64,000 bases of DNA, taken from Takakia lepidozioides (Eukaryota > Plantae > Bryophyta). Both the position numbers and the translations under genes were made by a program. This document shows, piece by piece, positions 1 through 12,300 of this stretch (positions within the stretch are counted from its first letter, which is position 1; each line of letters starts with the position of its first letter). The notes under the pieces were generated by a model. The model ran no database searches and was not told the origin of the DNA. It saw only the letters and a list, made by a program, of their open reading frames with translations. The stretch covers positions 32,922,001 to 32,986,000 of the forward strand of contig CM060733.1 of NCBI GenBank assembly GCA_030704615.1, written 5' to 3'.

Positions 1-390
1 TTCATATACTTTGTGCATTCGTCAAAAGATTTGGTCATGCATCTTCCTGTCATGAATTTTTGTCATTGCTCAACATCCATTATACATTCATCCATTTTAC
101 TCTTATCCATCCGTCATTCATCCATCTACATAGATTTTTCAAACTCATCCATCTGTTTATCATCCAACTGTACATTCATCCATCATTTATTCAATGCCTT
201 TTATTATGTCGTCCAGCTTGTTTCCGCGGTAAAGGGTGCCAATCCGCGGGAATACACTCTACTTCTTTCTGGGTGCGTGGTGACTCGGCCTCCACGTGTG
301 ATGACGTGGACTGAGACCCGTGACGTGGCATTTGCGCAAGGTGACGTGGCGTGAGCGCAGTCGCGCTCACGCGCTCACGCGCTCACGTGA
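1..390. repeat. End of an unclassified repeat/TE that truncates the gypsy pol region
   Basis: Low-complexity CATCC/TTCAT tract, clustered TGACGTGG motifs (~302-350), and a palindrome (gcgtgagcgc/gcgctcacgc) followed by tandem GCGCTCAC copies. It abuts the interrupted protease ORF. Confidence 0.35.
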
Positions 391-3300
391 CCAGGCTCAC
401 GCCGAGGCATCCCTGTAGTAGACCCAGCCTTGATTGTCACTGCTTTCAAGGGAACCACGATCTCATGTCCCTCACCATTGCTAAAATGAAGGGAATAGTC
501 TGCCAGGCTGATGGTGGCACCAGCTCCACTCATCCAGTCAAGGCCTAGCAGGAATTGTTCCCCAATTGTAACTATGCAGGTCACCACCACCTCTTTTTTG
601 TGAATCTTGATGGGCATAGTAACTAATCCTAGCGGCTCATATCTTGACCCATCAGCAATCAAAACCTCAATTCCTGAAGCAGGGCATAGCTTAAGACCAA
701 GGACTCTTACATTAAGAGGGATGACAGATATGGTGCCTATATCAATCACGCAGGGAAAGCTTAGCTCATGGATGTGGCATTGAGCCATAAAGGGATTGAT
801 CTGCTGGTCAGCAGCCCTTCTACTGAGAGGATAATGCAAGGCCTTGAAGTTAGTAGATAAAACAGCTTGAACTAGTATAAGAGAGGTAGGGTTGGTAGAT
901 GATTGACCTCTCGCCCCCTTCCCAAGAGGTCTCTCTAGTTTAAAGAAGGGGAAGAACCACTAGCAACTTTCCTGTTCTTGATCAGCTCTGGTAATCCTGC
1001 CTTGTCTAAACAATGCTTAGTCCAGTGCTCAAAAGATCCACAGATGTAACATGCAGCTCGTTACCTTCATATGTTTGCCCAGTTTGGGTGCGACCCCTAT
1101 TATTGCCACTTGTTGGCCCTTGTGCCTGGCGAGGCTGCCAATGCTGTTGGTGGGCTTGCATTGCAGCAAATTGAGTGGCTACAGACTCACTAAGACTGCC
1201 TATTGTGTTTGCCAATCCTTGAAGGATGAAGTCATCTGTCTTACAATGCATAGCAGGAGGAACATAAGGCACAGATGTTGCAGTCATGCCGAGCTCGGCG
1301 CCCATTGGAGCTTGAAACTTGGCATGATGTTGCGTTGATTTGCTGTCAGCCAAGTCTACCATCTTAAGGTTAATTTCTACTAACATGGTTTTGTCATTGA
1401 TAAAATGACGACGCTGAGCCCAATTTTGAATAGCAGGGGGCAAGCCAAGGAGAAAAAGGCCTTTTGACCATGCGATCTCTTTCTACTGGGTCAATGATGT
1501 TCTCAACAACAGCAGACTTGATGTCCATGTAAAATTGCCACAGGGATTCTCTAGGCTGGTAAGTCCTGGAAGAGAGCTTAACAAAGCAGTCTAGAGGTCT
1601 TTCAGGAGGCTTGAACTAGGTCTTAGCCCATTCTATAAGGGTCGCCCAATTGAGGCTAGGATCATCCTTGACTGCTGCATGCAGCAAGTCCCGAGCTGAC
1701 CCCTTCATGCTCATCCTAAAGATGGCTACCTTGAAGTTCTCAGGCATTCCATTTACGCTAGCAATGACTTCAAACATTTGAAGGTACTTATCAAAGTCTT
1801 CCCCCATAGTATACTCTGGATAGGGTTGAGTGGTGAGCTGAGGGATCAGATGACAAGGCAGACTGTGGTTTATGTGCCCAGGAAGAACAGAAGCATGAGC
1901 AGCACAGCAGGGAACAATGGATTGAGTAGGAACAGAAGAGGTATTGGCAGCATGTATAGAATTAACAGCAGATGCAGTACTTTGATTAACCCCACTAATG
2001 GCGGATCCCATACTAGAGGATGCAGACTTGCATGTGGTGCCCGCATGCCCATGGGAAGGGCACGTGACACCACATTTGACTGAGCAGCTGGGTAGACTGA
2101 CTGTAATTGGGGCTGTGGCACACCACTCATGGGAGGAGTGGACGTCACTCCCACCATTGGAGCTGTTCTAGAGCTTAAATTGCTAGCATGAACAGGGACT
2201 GTATTGACATTGCTAGCATGTATACCCATACCCGGATTAGCTGCAGTCCGTGGGCAATCTCCCCATCTGTTGAATAAGAAGAGTTCCCACATGACTTGCA
2301 TGACCAACAGACGAGGTGGAGGGCACTAATGCTACTGTCCCCCCACCCGCAGCAAGACCGGAGACATTCAACAAATGGACAACACTCGGATGCAAACTTG
2401 AATTCAAAGAGTTAGTCCCTCCCCCAAGAGTGGGATTAGGGAGGCTAATCACAGGCACATGCATTAGACTCGTTACTGGGGCCGGCATACCGCTCATAAT
2501 AGCCCAAATATCCGAACCAGACCCGTCTACCCCCTGAACATGAACAGGATGGGAAGGCAGACCGTTCAATTCCCGAGCCAACGTAGGCTCGGTTCGGCCA
2601 GCCACCAAGGCTTCATCACTTCGAACATAAACAGAGAGACCCTCAGGGTTGGCTATCCCAGAACCCTCATCTGCCAATGCAATACCAGTTGGGGACTCTA
2701 CAACTGCTCCCAACGTACCAACATTCAAAAATTCATCATCACTCACCATGAAATTACCTGCCTACAGGTTGTCCGATCCCTCATTCATTTCTACTACACT
2801 TTCGGCCAGCGGCTCTCCTGAACTATTCATGGACCTCTGTCTTCCAGATCTCAACCAAGTAGTTCTAGAATCACCTAGCATGCAAGAAACGAAGTTAGAT
2901 TGGAAGCATAACCTTTAAGCAGCAGGGATATGGAGAGTGGGCCGAGCACTTGGCGAGCTGTCCTCTGGAACCCAAGTGGAACAATATACCACCCTCAGCA
3001 CCTTGTGTGACTGCAATTCATAGACTCCCAACGCCAGCCACTCCCAACCATCAGCTCCCTTAAGCCAAAAACCAACGCGGGTTGTGTCACCCTCTCTCCA
3101 TGTGCGCAAAAGCACAGCCGAGTTTGAATAGTCAGTCAATTTCTCAAACGCACTCGGGCGAACCACTCGCTGTGAAGCAAAGGTAGTACCCACACCCAAG
3201 ACTACTAGATCAGACGACTGCACTATCAAGGCCCCACCCTTCAGACAATCAACCAGCTGTGAATAAGTAGGCGCCAAGGCGCAGGGCTGGAGCTGAAACC

Positions 3301-4552
3301 ATAGTGTCCTCAAGATCAAAGCCCCCGTGCCTTGTATCATTAACGACAACCAACTTCGCCCTACCATATCAGGGCCATGATGAAGCTCCGTACTTTGAAC
3401 ACCAGAGAGAGGTAAATACAAACCAACTTCTAACCAGCTCAATTCGTGATGGTGCAGAAAACGCGACTTAATCGTTGTGGACTGTAGACGTTCTTCGTTG
3501 CGTAAATCAAATTCTCGCCTAGCAAGCTGTCTGGCTCTAGACACTACTGCACTAGGCTCAAGCAAAGGTCTTGTGAACAGGGCCTCCTAATCACTGGTTA
3601 ATGCAGCAAGGTCACCCACGACAGCTCTTTCTATACGCTCAAACCAAAGCTGATCCTCGTCACATATCTCACACAACAAATCATCTACTTCCTTCGACAA
3701 CTCGATATCCCTCTCTAACTCTGCTGCCTACTCTCGAAATATTCAGGTCCGGGATCAACAAAGTTGTCAAAATTATAGTATTCCGGGTCACAACTATCTA
3801 GAGAGCTGTCAGATTTCTCAAACCTTGGCGACCACGCCTCTACCTCATCTAAATTGTCATAATCACTACCACCAGGAGAACCCAATGAAACAACAAGGGC
3901 TGGAACACAAGTGGTTGGTTCAAGGAGAGGCGACGCTGGCAAGGCAACACTGTCAGGCCGCGCGCCGTCAGCCATGTTATCAACAACAAGAACTTCGGCA
4001 GAATTAGAAATGACAGGGTTGGTTTCAACAACATGAGGAGCAACAGGAACAACACCAACAGAACAAGGAGTGACAGCAGGGTTAGTTTCCACACTAGGAT
4101 TAGTTTCAACAACAAGTTCCACACTAATCCGAAGAAGCAGGCTCCCCCCTTCTCTACGAGCTACACAAGACAAGTCACGAACAGTAGCCATTCCTTGCAA
4201 CCACACCCCAACGCGCAATGTGAGATGACGATATCACAACAACAGGAGAAAATACGGCAAGGCGAGGAGCCGTCATTGATAACACGCATTAGCGAACCAC
4301 TTAGGCAGCAGGATGTAGAGCAGATCCCACGAGACAGACCTAATTGACCCTGACAACGCGGGCAAGATCCACCAACGCCTATGGTACCCGGCTATAAAAC
4401 AAGCCTGAAGCATATACTCATTTCATCTCAAGAAGCAAGGTTTCACAACAAAGGGGCGAGCGGAAAGAGCAAGCATCGCCAAACACACAGATCTGACACA
4501 AAGAAGTTCTCATCCAAAGCTTGTACACCAAAATCACATATACACTAACACC
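390..4552 (-). mobile_element. Ty3/gypsy LTR retrotransposon, 5' part (partial LTR, long leader with ORFs, degenerate gag, zinc knuckle, aspartic protease)
   Basis: Gag-like EDFDKYLQMFEVIASVNG...MKGSA (1616-2011); CCHC knuckle CYICGSFEHWTKHC (~1010-1052); retropepsin VIDIGTIS...IADGS...FLLGLDWM (375-839); LTR-like segment 4395-4552. Several stops and frameshifts. Confidence 0.8.
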
Positions 4553-5588
4553 AAGCGTGTCAAGTATTCTAACTTGTTTCAGGTGGGACAGACCGTGTGC
4601 GTTCGATTACAGCACGGCAAGCATGCATGCAAATCTAAGCTCAAGATCGATGGTCCATACTTGATCTATCAGATTTTACGTGGGCGACGTGCTCTTCTTC
4701 TTCCACAAGGCTCTAATACTAAGGTGCGGGATGAACCTATTTCCTTGACAGACTTGGTGCATTCCGAGTTAGTTTTTGATCTTACATGTATCAATGTGGA
4801 GGGGCGCACGGTGGGGTGATGTCTTGATCTTCTTAGCCGATCTACTTCAGCTTTATCCTCTTCTCTTCTCAGTAGGCTTAGTCTTAGTTTGCGGATGGTG
4901 ACTCTTGGGGTCCTAGGACTTGACCTCTCTAGGACTTAGACACATTTAATTTCATGGCATATCACCATCTATACTCGCTGCACTGTTTTCCTAGCCAAGG
5001 GTTTTGTCCTCGGCCCAACTTGCAGGTGCCGGGGTGTTCCCTTGATAGGTTTTTCACCCAGCGGTGGAGGGTGATATTTCCCTATTATTTGTTTTCCTTC
5101 ACGGAGCTCAGGGTTTTTCGTGGGGGGTAGGCTTCACAAAGTAAAGCCCCATATTTGCTTAGCCTAAAAATGGCCCGTTTCATCCAAAACAGCGATACAC
5201 ATCCATAGTATATTTTTTTGGCGTATAAAGCCGTTAAACTGTTACAATGATATCTAGGTTAGGGTTAGTTTTGGCTGGTGGCTCGATCCTGGCCCTTCAT
5301 CAGATCTAGGGTAACAAGGCGTGGGCCTTGGTTTGTGACGCCTCGCCATGCGGCGGGCCACTAAAGCTAGGGCTTTTGTATAAAGACGGCGCCCTGACAC
5401 AAGGTCAGGGCGGTGTACTGGGGTGTTAGTGTATATGTAATTTTGGTGTACAAGCTTTGGATGAGAGCTGCTTTGTGTCAGATCCGTGTGTTTGATCCTC
5501 CTCTCGAACGATGCTTGCTCTTACCGCCCCTTTGTTGTGAAACCTTGCTTCTTGAGAGGAAAGGAGTATATGCTTCAGGCTTGTTTTA
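4553..5588 (+). mobile_element. Ty3/gypsy 3' end in the opposite orientation: integrase GPY/F tail, polypurine tract, LTR (~4820-5588)
   Basis: ORF FQVGQTV...KLKIDGPYLI (GPY/F module); purine-rich ggaggggcgcacggtggggtga followed by TG at 4820. Segment 5422-5588 is the reverse complement of 4395-4552. Confidence 0.7.
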
Positions 5589-5589
5589 A

Positions 5590-5990
5590 GGCTTCACAAG
5601 CCCTTGCATTGTGATTGAGAGGAGGGATTGAGTGTTGAATGAATCAGATCTCCATAGAAAGCCTCTCCATTTGCCAAAGTCTGCACGCGAATGGGCAGAA
5701 AAAAAAACAATGTTTAATTGTTTCTTCCTGTTGTAAATAATAGAGTACAGAGACAGACAGACAGAAGTGTTATCCAAACACAAGGCAGTATCATATTGGC
5801 AATTTTCGAGAGGAAACCACAAATCTTGGAAGCCACATCTTCATGCCAAATATCTGACCAGATTGGTTTCCAATGAAGTGGGATCCCAAGATAATGTTCC
5901 CATTTGGCAGCCCATTCTCTATCCATTGAACTTTGTACAGAGAGTACACCATGCGGAAATATTAAGAAAAAGTCATGTTGCACATCCATA
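5590..5990 (-). mobile_element. L1/Tx1-type LINE 3' fragment (zf-RVT region)
   Basis: KWEHYLG..WKPIWSDIWHEDVASKICGFLSKI resembles the zf-RVT motif also seen at 45113-45346. Confidence 0.55.
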
Positions 5991-6153
5991 CCGAGGATAG
6001 GCTGCAGTACCTGTATACATCAAAAATTGGAACCACCAAATAAGTCCATTCTGAGATAATGCAAATCTTGCTTCATCTGCCTGCCATAACAGTGTTGTAT
6101 TGCAGAAATTCCTGCTGGCAGATCCTCAAAAACCACCCTCACTTGGATCCAGT

Positions 6154-8382
6154 TTAATCCACTTCCTCGATCTTAGGGCCAGCACCTGCGGGGGCATCAT
6201 CATCACCACCACCATATGATGGAGCAGGACCTTCAGCACCTCCTGCACCACCCTGGTACATGCGGGCGATGATGGGGTTACAGATGCTCTCAAGCTCCTT
6301 CATCTTGTCATCAAACTCATCAGACTCCGCTAGTTGGTTGTGGTCCAACCATTGAATGGCAGCCTCCACTGCATCCTCGATCTTCTTTTTGTCAGCTGGG
6401 TTTAGGTTGCTGGCGATCTTATCATCCTTGATCGTGTTTCTCATGTTGTAAGCATAGTTCTCCAAGCCGTTCTTGGACTCAATCTTCTTCTTGTGGTCCT
6501 CATCCTCTGACTTGTACTTCTCAGCCTCCTGGACCATCTTCTCAATCTCATCCTTGCTGAGCCTGCCCTTGTCATTCGTGATAGTGATCTTGTTCTTCTG
6601 CCCAGTGGTCTTGTCCTCAGCAGAAACATTCAGAATACCATTGGCATCGATATCAAAACAAACCGTAATCTGGGGCACACCGCGGGGGGCAGGGGGAATG
6701 CCAGAAAGCTCAAACTTTCCAAGCAAGTTGTTGTCACGTGTCCTGGCCCTCTCGCCCTCGTACACTTGAATCAAGACTCCGGGTTGATTGTCCGAATATG
6801 TAGAGAAGACCTGTTCCTTCTTGGTGGGGATGGTAGTGTTTCTGGGGATCAAGACAGTCATCACCCCTCCGGCAGTCTCGAGACCCAGGGACAAGGGGGT
6901 GACATCCAGCAACAACAGATCCTGCACTTTCTCATTGCCCTCACCGCTCAAGATGGCAGCTTGAACAGCTGCTCCATATGCAACAGCTTCATCAGGATTG
7001 ATGCTTTTGCAGAGTTCCTTTCCATTGAAGAAGTCCTGCAGAAGTTGCTGGACCTTGGGGATACGGGTTGATCCGCCAACCAGCACGACGTCGTGGATGG
7101 AGCTCTTGTCCATCTTAGCATCCCTCAAACACTTCTCTACAGGTTCCATACACTTCCTAAACATGTCCATGTTCAACTCCTCAAATCTAGCGCGAGTGAT
7201 CGTTGAGTAGAAATCTACACCCTCGTACAAGGAATCAATTTCAATGGTGGTTTGAGCAGTTGACGAAAGAGTGCGCTTGGCTCTCTCTGCAGCAGTTCTA
7301 AGTCTACGAAGAGCCCTAGGGTTGCTACTGATATCCTTCTTGTACTTCCTCTTGAACTCTTGGACAAAATGATTCACCATCCTATTATCAAAATCTTCTC
7401 CTCCAAGGTGAGTGTCACCAGCGGTGGCCTTCACCTCAAAAATGCCCTCCTCAATCGTGAGGAGAGAGACATCAAAAGTACCACCTCCAAGGTCAAAAAT
7501 GAGGACATTCTTCTCGCCTACACTAGTAGCTTTCTTATCCAAACCATAGGCAATAGCTGCAGCAGTCGGTTCATTGATGATTCTCATCACATTCAATCCT
7601 GCGATCACCCCAGCATCCTTGGTGGCCTGCCTCTGAGAATCATTGAAGTAGGCTGGCACCGTGACAACAGCATTCTTAATGGTAGATCCAAGATATGCCT
7701 CAGCAATTTCCTTCATCTTGATCAAAACCATGGAGGAAATCTCCTCAGCAGCAAACACTTTCTCCTCACCCTTATACTGCACCCCGATCATGGGTTTGTC
7801 GCCTGGCCCTGGGGTGACCTTGAATGGCCACATTTTCATGTCACTCTGAACAGAGGCATCACTAAATCTCCTCCCAATCAACCTTTTCGCATCTGCAAGT
7901 GGAACAGAATCGCGTGTCACAACCGGTAACAGTACTACCAAACAAGAGTCAGGCTAGTCTAAGATGCCTGACACGATCGGACTCCGAAAATCTAAACCTA
8001 CCACGGATAACCATCGTTTTCACAGCAACATATTCCAGAGCCCAAAACATCAAAACGCTTAAACAACCCACCGCGCATCACACACAAGAACGCAGATGCG
8101 AAACTTCCAGACAAGCTCCTACAAGTGAAACATAAAACCCAACAGGAGGATGCGAAAAACAAACATACCAAAGACAGTGTTGGTGGGGTTCATCGCCACT
8201 TGATTCTTGGCCGCATCTCCGATGAGGCGCTCCGTGTCAGTGAAACCAACATAGCTAGGTGTGGTCCGGTTGCCCTGGTCGTTAGCAATGATCTCCACAC
8301 GATCATGCTGCCACACTCCCACACAGCTGTAGGTCGTTCCCAGATCTATGCCGATGGCCGGGCCCTCTCCCTTGCCAGCCAT
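6154..8382 (-). CDS. HSP70: Cytosolic heat shock protein 70 (exons 8382-8169 and 7892-6154)
   Basis: [20 protein letters not shown] start; 214-bp first exon and GT-AG intron splitting an Asp codon, as in plant HSP70; FDLGGGTFD and [14 protein letters not shown] motifs; C-terminal GPKIEEVD. Confidence 0.98.
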
Positions 8383-8741
8383 TGCAACCCTCCTAGAGCA
8401 GATCAACTCGCACTCTCCAACGATTTCTCAAGAATCTGCGAGGACGTCGAGATCGGAAGAAAGAAAGAAAGAAAGAGAAGCATATGAGCAAAGCGGCGGC
8501 GCTGTGGCCCCTTTCTAGGTCTTCTTCTTCCCAACTAGTAACCGCGGTTAGCCCACAGTTACCTCAGAAAATCTTGGCCGTCAACTGGGCCGCAGATTCG
8601 AAATTTAATTGAATTTTGTGTTAATATGTTATACTTTTTTTTAATATATTGAATTCTTATTTGGAAGAGAGAAAAAAGTGAGAGAGAGAGAGAGAGAGAG
8701 ATTTAGGGTTGAGGTGGGGGGGGGGCGCTGCAGGGAGAGAG

Positions 8742-9312
8742 ATGGAGGTGCCTGCAGAGGTACTGACGGAGCAGGAGGCTGCAATTTACGATCGTCAAAT
8801 TCGAGTATGGGGAGTTGAAGCTCAAAAGAGGTAGCACTCACACAGATAGTCTGAGCCCAGTCTTCAGAGCTTCGAATTTCTAAGCTCAGCCCTTTTAGGT
8901 TTTTTGAACTTCAAGGGTCACGTGTTTCAGCGGTGGGACTACCAGCGTTTTTTTATTCCTAGTTTCATTGTAACTACAACCTTGTCTAGTTTTTTCTTTC
9001 TTTTGAACATGAGGATTTTAGGTTTATATCTGGAGTTGAACCTTGGGCACTGGTTTTGGAATTGAGTGTTACCTGTGGACTCTCATTTTGTAATGTCGTG
9101 TCAGGGAGCTTGTCTGAGGGACAAATGTGGCAAGAAGGAAAGAAAGAAAGGAACTTATAACGTCCACAGAAAAGCTCAAAGAGCTTACGATCTTTAATCT
9201 CTAAATTTGAGAGCCTCATGAAGAAATGTTGAAAGAGGAGGTAATTGTACGGCTGGGAGTCCCAAAGCACAATCAAAGAAACCAAAGAACAATGCACTGC
9301 TCATTTGTTGCA

Positions 9313-9352
<40 letters not shown>

Positions 9353-12300
9353 TTAATAACTTCTATACCTGTGCTGGATGTGGGGCCAGATTAAGCAAAG
9401 CCCGTGTGCTAGTGGTTGGCATTACAGGCGTCATTGCCGAGGTAAACTCATTTATATTCTCCCTGTCCAAAAACTTCATCTCCCACACAATTGGGAATAC
9501 AGCTCACAAGATTGAGACAGTCAGTATATTTCGATTTTGTTCCTCAATGACCCTCATGTTGTTTAACTGAGGGCTAACCTGTCTTAAAAATGTGGGCTTC
9601 TCTTAACCTGACTTAAAAACACTGTCTAAGGCATCAAGCAGCACAGAGTAGCCCTACAATACATTTGCGATGATTTGATATTTGACATGCAAAGAAAGTG
9701 ACAAGTGCTGAGAGTTGGAAGTGTGTAATTTTCACTGCAGACATGCAAGAACATAGTGCTGGCGGGCATTGGCAGTCTAACACTGATTGATGATAGTCCA
9801 ATGACTTTGGAAGCTTCAGCTGCAAACTTTTTGGTCCCTTTTGATGAGCTGGAAGGTCAAGGGAGCTCAATTGCTGTGGTGTGTGCCGATTCGTTGCGTG
9901 ATTTCAATCCAATGGTCCGGGTTTCAGTTGAAGAAGGTGGGAGCAGGACCTCAGTCAGTCTAAGATTGGTACAACTTTGTGTCCCTGACAGGACTTGTGC
10001 ATTTTTGGATACTTGTTATCTTAATTGAAACAATAAAACTAACTAAGCACAAGATGTTGTCTTATCGAAGTGGATTTGATTGCAGGGAACATTGCCAGCA
10101 AGCCTGACGAATTCTTCGATAAGTTTGATGCTGTAATTTTGGGCCGCTCTCTCGTCAGCCTAAGGGTGCACTCTCTCTCCCTCTCCCTCCTCTTGGATAT
10201 TTTAAAGACTCTTCCTTTCTTCGTTTTCTCAAACTGCAAACCTTGTGTCCTCTGGACCTTCTGCGGATCTAATAAAATTGTTTCTTTAATGCTTTCTTTT
10301 GTCTTCGAGCTTTCTGTGGACGCTGTAAAGTTTCTCCTTCCCTAGGACCTCTGGACACAATAAGTTTTATTTCGTTTCATTTTCACTTGCATGAGGGACT
10401 CTGTCTCTGAGCACTGTTTTGGGTTCCTTTGTGCTCCCAACCTCTGGGACTACATGGTAGGTAATTCTTCTCTCCTCCCTTTTCTGCACAAAATACTGAG
10501 ATTCCACTCTTTGAGGTTGAGAGAGTCACAAGTCTATGCCTCTTTTCTCAGTTTACGGGTACAATATGAATTCGTGTTTGTTGTTTTGTTTGAATCTCTG
10601 TCTATTTTGTCCTTGCTTCTTTCTCTTTTTCCTTGTCTGTATTTGTCTTTTCTTTGCTGTTTGTTTCTCGTTCTCTTCTGAAAATCCATTTGACCGTATT
10701 TGAGATCTTCTCAGTACTTTCTTTTTTAGTTACCTTTAATTGTATGTATGGGGTTACCTCGACACCTATAAGGATATTGGACAATGATGTCCATCCATAT
10801 TATTGGATTCTGGTTGTGGCGCAGAAGCGGGTGAATAAGGTTTGCCGGAAAAGGCCCCACAGAGTGGCGTTTTATACGGTGGACTGTAGAGGCAACTGTG
10901 GGGGCATGTTCGTGGACCTCCAGAAACATACATATACTTCACAGGTGGGATGCATATCTCTACTTTTACAATTTACATCTTTTGAATGTTGGGTTAAGAC
11001 ATGTTTGGTCAATGTTTTTGTGGGACTGCTCATATGGTCCAGAGAGGACTTAGTAGGCAGGCATATGTCATGAAGATCAAGGGATAGGCCATGAGTGCAG
11101 TTTTCTCCCTTTCTCTAATGCGGCTCATATGAGTATCTCCAAGCAATTTTCTGGCTTTTGACTCCGTCTTTTGGTTCTTTCGTAGTTCAACTCCTTTGGG
11201 CCTCCCATGAAGCAGGCCTCTGGCAGGTTTAGAATCCAGATCGAGACACGTATATCTCATGAGAATAAGACTTTCCAGTTTGCAACTGGAAAAAGGTGGA
11301 GACAGACCATCACTTCTTTCTTCCCATGCCTTCCAATAATACCATCTTTTGAGAGACTGCCAACCCATCCGGCAGAGGCCTTCAGTTGTGAAGAAGGGCA
11401 TGGTATCTTACCTTCATTATCTTAAGGATTGAAACTCGTTTCTTTTGGTCCCATAGTCTTTCAGATCATTATTTCTTTTTGTTTTTGTTCTCCCATGACA
11501 CCTGTTGCTTCCCGTGCACATTATAAAGTAAGTTTATGTTGACCTTATGAAGTTTTACTTCTGCTATTCAGTTTTTAGTAATTGGTTTTCCCGATTTGGT
11601 TCTCTTTTGGTTACTCTGCCTCGTTCATGAGCTGGTTCGTTGGTTCACAAGCTCATGGATGAAACTTTGGTTTTTTTGGATTTTTCCTTAGGAAAAGAGA
11701 GCTACCTGTGAAGATCTTTGAAGCCTTAAGGTGGATGCTGGGAAATTTGATGCACTGAGGAGGAGACAACTGTATATCAGAAGTCACCTCTTCTTGCTGA
11801 CATGCTACATGTGTGCAGAAAGCAGGTGATGACAAGGCTTCGCAGCGTGAGCTAACCTTTCCCAGCCTGGAGGTATGTTTATCAAACTGTCTTCTTCAGG
11901 AGCAGTTGACACTCAGTTCAGGAAGGAGGCAAAGGATAGTGTAACAATTGAAATTATGTCAAGTGTGGACCAATAGTACTCTTGATCAAGAACCTGTTGG
12001 TGCCAGCTTATAGCCTTGCAAGTTGCATTCTGAAGTTCTGAAAAACGACCTTGCAAATGGTGTTGGAAAAGCTGAGATGCCTCCAGCACACCAATTCTGG
12101 GTTGGCGCCAAAATCATGATAGTGCACCAGCTAATCAGGGTCTGTCCGACCACCTTCATTGATACTGGTCATGTCTAGAGTGAGCCGGTAGTGACAGATA
12201 TGGCCTGGCCAATGTGACCTAAATGCATCTGCCAATGGGCCTGCACTGTTATGAGCCCTGTAATTTTATTCTTTTGTTATGTCGTATTCAATCTGACAAC

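Noticed and set aside
4395-5588. DIRS-type element suggested by the inverted repeats
   Set aside because: An aspartic protease, a GPY/F integrase tail and a PPT indicate Ty3/gypsy; no tyrosine recombinase was seen.
6441-7929. Several long ORFs antisense to or overlapping HSP70
   Set aside because: Antisense shadow ORFs caused by codon bias in HSP70; no independent motifs.
8480-8640. Canonical heat-shock element upstream of HSP70
   Set aside because: Only partial GAA/TTC units; no convincing triad.
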